Below are positions 60,816-64,000 of a stretch of 64,000 nt of DNA, one piece after another. The translations under genes were made by a program, and so were the position numbers. Where the stretch lies: positions 1,120,001-1,184,000 of the forward strand of contig OY970208.1 in assembly GCA_963713865.1 (NCBI GenBank), written 5' to 3'. The notes beneath the pieces are model-generated. The model saw only the letters and a program-made list of their open reading frames with translations. It had not been told where the DNA came from and searched no databases. This DNA comes from an uncultured candidate division Zixibacteria bacterium. GTDB lineage: Bacteria > Zixibacteria > MSB-5A5 > RBG-16-43-9. Each line of letters begins with the position of its first letter. Position 1 is the stretch's first letter.

Positions 60816-62147
60816 TTGGATAAACAATATCTCTGGAGAAAAGCGCTTAAAGACCCGCTCTATTTTGCCCGTGAATTCTTAGAGATTGAGCCTCATCCCG
60901 GTCAGGCCCTCTGGCTAAAGAGCTCAATCAAACCAGAAAACGCACTGCACACCGGGAATCGCTGGGGGAAAAGCCTTTGCCAGGCGATAAAAATCGTTCA
61001 TCGCTCGATTTTTAAAATCCGCAAGACTAGATATAATACCACAGAAAAATATACGGCAGTAAATGTATCTGTAACCCTTGACCAGGCAAAGATAATCTTC
61101 GATAAAGCAGTCGGTTTTTTAAAAGGGAAAAAGATATTAGAGCCTTTGGTTCAGGATATAAGGTCAACTCCGTTTCCACATATCGTCTTCTCCAATTCTG
61201 CGGTTTTCTGGGCACGCTCCACTCAGAGAAAAGGGGAATATCTTTTAGGATATGATTATGACTATTGTAATTTCGATGAAGTTGCCTTTGAGCCTCATCC
61301 TGAATATGTGGTTAATAATGTGATTATGATGAGACTTTGTGATCGAGCCGGGATGTTAGATTATACTTCTACCCCTAAGGGTAAAAACTGGTTCTATCGC
61401 AAATGCTTAGAGTTAAAATCTCATCTAGAATATGGATATGTCCAGGGGGGCGACACCCGGGAAAATTCTCATATCTCCACTGAGTATATTCAAAGGAAAT
61501 TGAAAACACTGTCAAATTCCAAGGTCGAGCAGAATATAATGGGAAATTTTATAGATGACCCGGATCAGGTTATAGAGGAAAAATATATCAGTCAGGCAAC
61601 CTCAAATTCTTCTGGACTTTCTTCTCCTAAAGAAGGACATCGCTATTCAACTGGATGGGATTTAGCGCGAAAAAGAAACTATACCGTAGGGATAACTTTA
61701 GACATTTCCAGCAAGCCATACCAGCTGGTCTCCCTGGAGAGATTTCAAAGGGGTTGGAAAGAGACGATTGAGTCGATCAGGAAAAGAAAGAAGGATTATG
61801 GGGGAGAGGTTTTGATAGATTCAACTGGTTTAGGGGATGTGATCTTAGAGGAGTTAAAAGATATAAATGTTAGAGGGTTTAATTTCGGGGAAAAAGGGGG
61901 AAAGGTTAAATCTGAGCTTATTGCCAATTTGCAAAAGGAGCATTCATTAAGTAATATTGCTTATCCTTATGTTGAGTTTATAGAAGAAGACGGTTCCCTG
62001 TGGTCTTTACAGGATGAATTAAGGGATTTTACTTGGGATACTAAGGAAAACTGTGATGCGGTGATGGCACTAGCGTTAGCCCTGTGGAATGTGAGAACCC
62101 CGGAACAGCTTCCCCTGATTCTGGTGCCGAGGGTGGAAAAAATCTAA
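60816..62147 (+). CDS. Phage terminase large subunit-like protein
   Basis: PHPGQ; Walker A GNRWGKS; Walker B NFDEVAF; STPKGKNWFY; nuclease motifs GWDLA, IDSTGLGD, DAVMALALA. Start reassigned to TTG 60816 after TAGGTGA. Confidence 0.85.
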   Translation: MDKQYLWRKALKDPLYFAREFLEIEPHPGQALWLKSSIKPENALHTGNRWGKSLCQAIKIVHRSIFKIRKTRYNTTEKYTAVNVSVTLDQAKIIFDKAVGFLKGKKILEPLVQDIRSTPFPHIVFSNSAVFWARSTQRKGEYLLGYDYDYCNFDEVAFEPHPEYVVNNVIMMRLCDRAGMLDYTSTPKGKNWFYRKCLELKSHLEYGYVQGGDTRENSHISTEYIQRKLKTLSNSKVEQNIMGNFIDDPDQVIEEKYISQATSNSSGLSSPKEGHRYSTGWDLARKRNYTVGITLDISSKPYQLVSLERFQRGWKETIESIRKRKKDYGGEVLIDSTGLGDVILEELKDINVRGFNFGEKGGKVKSELIANLQKEHSLSNIAYPYVEFIEEDGSLWSLQDELRDFTWDTKENCDAVMALALALWNVRTPEQLPLILVPRVEKI

Positions 62148-62188
62148 ATTATAGAGGCAAGGGTGTATGGCATTACATCCCTATTTAT

Positions 62189-62833
62189 CTAAAAAGGTAG
62201 AATCTCTTTTATCTTTGGCAGAAAAGTCTTGAGAAAATCTTCAAGCACAAGCTGAGCTTCTTTTTCCGAGATCTGGTTTAGAGACAGGTTTATGCGGACA
62301 AGGACGGCATCAGTAGGTGCTCTTTTTAACGAATTTAAAACCAGATCTAGTTTCAATCCTAACTCGCTGGTTATTATCCTGCTTCTGGTTTGAAACCAGT
62401 AATACATAACTTCTCTGGACAGCTTATCGGAGATCAAAAGTTTATTTACCTTAAGGTCTGAGCCTGTATCTGTTTTGATCAGAATCTTCCTTCGACTCAT
62501 AATCTTCCAGCCGCTACCGGGCAGGCAGTTCTTGGGGGAGTGAATCTGTGAACCATATTTCTGGCTCTTAAAATAGGCGATGAAAAGCCAGAGTTCTTTT
62601 CCTTCACTACTGGTATATTTCCTGAAAGCATAAGTATCAGCTTTGAGGACCTGGTTGGTCTCATCAGAAAAGAAATATTCCTGACCGTTCCAGTCTGCGT
62701 ACTGAAGAGGGAGAGAGGAAAAGAGAGGGAATCTCTTCGATTCGACTCGAGAGTAGCGCAGGATATTTATCAGTATCCCGGTTAGAACAAAAAGGATCAG
62801 GACTATCCAGAATTCTTTTTTTTTAAAGCCCAT
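62189..62833 (-). CDS. epsI: EpsI family (exosortase-associated) protein
   Basis: N-terminal TM helix, LFIAYFKSQ, IHSPKNCLPGSGW, YYWFQ, DAVLVR. Confidence 0.85.
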   Translation of the reverse strand: MGFKKKEFWIVLILFVLTGILINILRYSRVESKRFPLFSSLPLQYADWNGQEYFFSDETNQVLKADTYAFRKYTSSEGKELWLFIAYFKSQKYGSQIHSPKNCLPGSGWKIMSRRKILIKTDTGSDLKVNKLLISDKLSREVMYYWFQTRSRIITSELGLKLDLVLNSLKRAPTDAVLVRINLSLNQISEKEAQLVLEDFLKTFLPKIKEILPF

Positions 62834-62882
62834 AACTTTAACCTCAGAGGAAATATAAAAAAGGATAGGGAAAAGTCAACCC

Positions 62883-64000
62883 TTAGAGTATAAATTCAGA
62901 AAGGTCTATCTTATATTTCTGGGGATCCAGGCACCTCACTGGCATCTTAGATTCCTCCATTTCCGCAGGATATTCTGAGCTTTGGCCCAAATCCAGAGTC
63001 TCAGGTGTTTTTTTAATCCCATTCTGGTCTGCGATAATTTTTAGTTTGGGTAGAGTGAGGTTCTCCGGATTATTTTTTATCACTATCCCTATCTCCCCGG
63101 TATTTAAAAGGACCAGGGAGCCCACCGGATAAACCCCCAAGATATTTATAAAAAGTTTCAACAAGCAGGAATCATAAACTTTATCCCGGGCATAAAACAT
63201 CTTCCTCAAAGCTTCATCCGGCAGATAAGGGGTTTTAATATATACCCGGCCCGAGGTCATAGCATCATAAGCATCGGCAATGCTTACTATACGGGAGAAC
63301 AGGTTTAACTCTCTTTTGTTTTTAACCTTAGGATAACCGGAAAGGTCGAGGTTCAGATGGTGTTCAAAACTAACCAGCATAGCCCTCATTGAAAAGGGAT
63401 CGAACTTTAAACTGATTAAAAGGTTTTTTACTCCCCAGATCGGGTGTTTTTTCATCCTCGTCCATTCGGATTCATTGAATTCAGAAGGTTTGTTTAAAAG
63501 CTCCAAGGGTAAATTTGTTTTTCCAATATCGTGAAACAGGGCGGCAAGGCCTAATTCGCTTAACTTCTTTTTGTTTAAACCCAATCTCAATCCCAGGATT
63601 AAGGAGAGGATACAGACGTTGGTAGAATGGAGATAAGTATATTCATCGTAGTTTCTTAAAGAAGAAAGCTCTAAGAAGATCTCCTCGTTCAGCAGGAGCT
63701 GATCTACTAAAGATTGAACTACCCTTTTCACTTTAACCAGATTTATCTCTTTACCTGCCTGAGCTCTCTGGCTGATCTCTCGCACCATAGAGAAAGCTTT
63801 GGTGAAAGTTTTTTTCGCAACCTTTCGCTGGTCTAAAGAGATCTGGTCAGCTTCTAAAACGGAAGACTCTTTTTCCTTTTCCAGGTGAAGGTTCTGGAGA
63901 TTTTCCTCAAAGATTTTTTTCTCCAAACTTTCAAATGGCTCCATATCCTCAGTATCTATTTGTGCTAGAATATAGATCAAGCTTTGCAAATCCTTCTGGG
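62883..64000 (-). CDS. HD-GYP phosphodiesterase, 5' end beyond the window
   Basis: YTYLHSTNV, FHDIGK, EHH, SGYP, IADAYDAMTS; the frame stays open to the window edge. Confidence 0.9.
   Translation of the reverse strand, partial: QKDLQSLIYILAQIDTEDMEPFESLEKKIFEENLQNLHLEKEKESSVLEADQISLDQRKVAKKTFTKAFSMVREISQRAQAGKEINLVKVKRVVQSLVDQLLLNEEIFLELSSLRNYDEYTYLHSTNVCILSLILGLRLGLNKKKLSELGLAALFHDIGKTNLPLELLNKPSEFNESEWTRMKKHPIWGVKNLLISLKFDPFSMRAMLVSFEHHLNLDLSGYPKVKNKRELNLFSRIVSIADAYDAMTSGRVYIKTPYLPDEALRKMFYARDKVYDSCLLKLFINILGVYPVGSLVLLNTGEIGIVIKNNPENLTLPKLKIIADQNGIKKTPETLDLGQSSEYPAEMEESKMPVRCLDPQKYKIDLSEFIL

Noticed and set aside
38-61215. Numerous short antisense/overlapping ORFs in the track (e.g. 35979-36617, 49493-50041, 30334-30753)
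   Set aside because: They are shadow ORFs of well-supported genes with no recognisable motifs.
58419-62188. Intact prophage
   Set aside because: Only two phage-like genes; no integrase, capsid, tail, lysis genes or att repeats recognised, and the flanks are host genes.

Overview
AT-rich bacterial chromosomal window. It is diderm, shown by TonB, lipoproteins, beta-barrels and EpsI; gene content and style suggest an FCB-superphylum organism such as Zixibacteria (inference). It is mostly housekeeping: xerD, gcvT, folB-folK-dNK-panBCD, rsfS-rho, pdxA-ftsEX-envC-holB-PSP1-metG-tatD-rsmA, pdxJ, thyX-nrdJ, acpS-pyrE. It also has c-di-GMP and two-component genes, peptidases and many intergenic palindromic (REP-like) repeats. 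No CRISPR, rRNA, tRNA or intact transposase was seen. Most interesting: (1) an isolated, intact phage-type portal plus large-terminase pair with no other phage genes in the window, which looks domesticated (GTA-like?); (2) divergent from it, a predicted sigma54-driven ~130-nt structured sRNA with two enhancer-like palindromes; (3) a 171-nt 6S-like ncRNA with its own promoter and terminator; (4) all five frameshifts in otherwise intact genes fall on CCAGA(A)C on either strand, probably a sequencing artefact that may reveal a methylation motif; (5) a PilZ-PilT fusion, an aminotransferase lacking its catalytic Lys, and an uncharacterised barrel plus two-lipoprotein cassette. All assignments come from reading motifs by eye; no searches were run.
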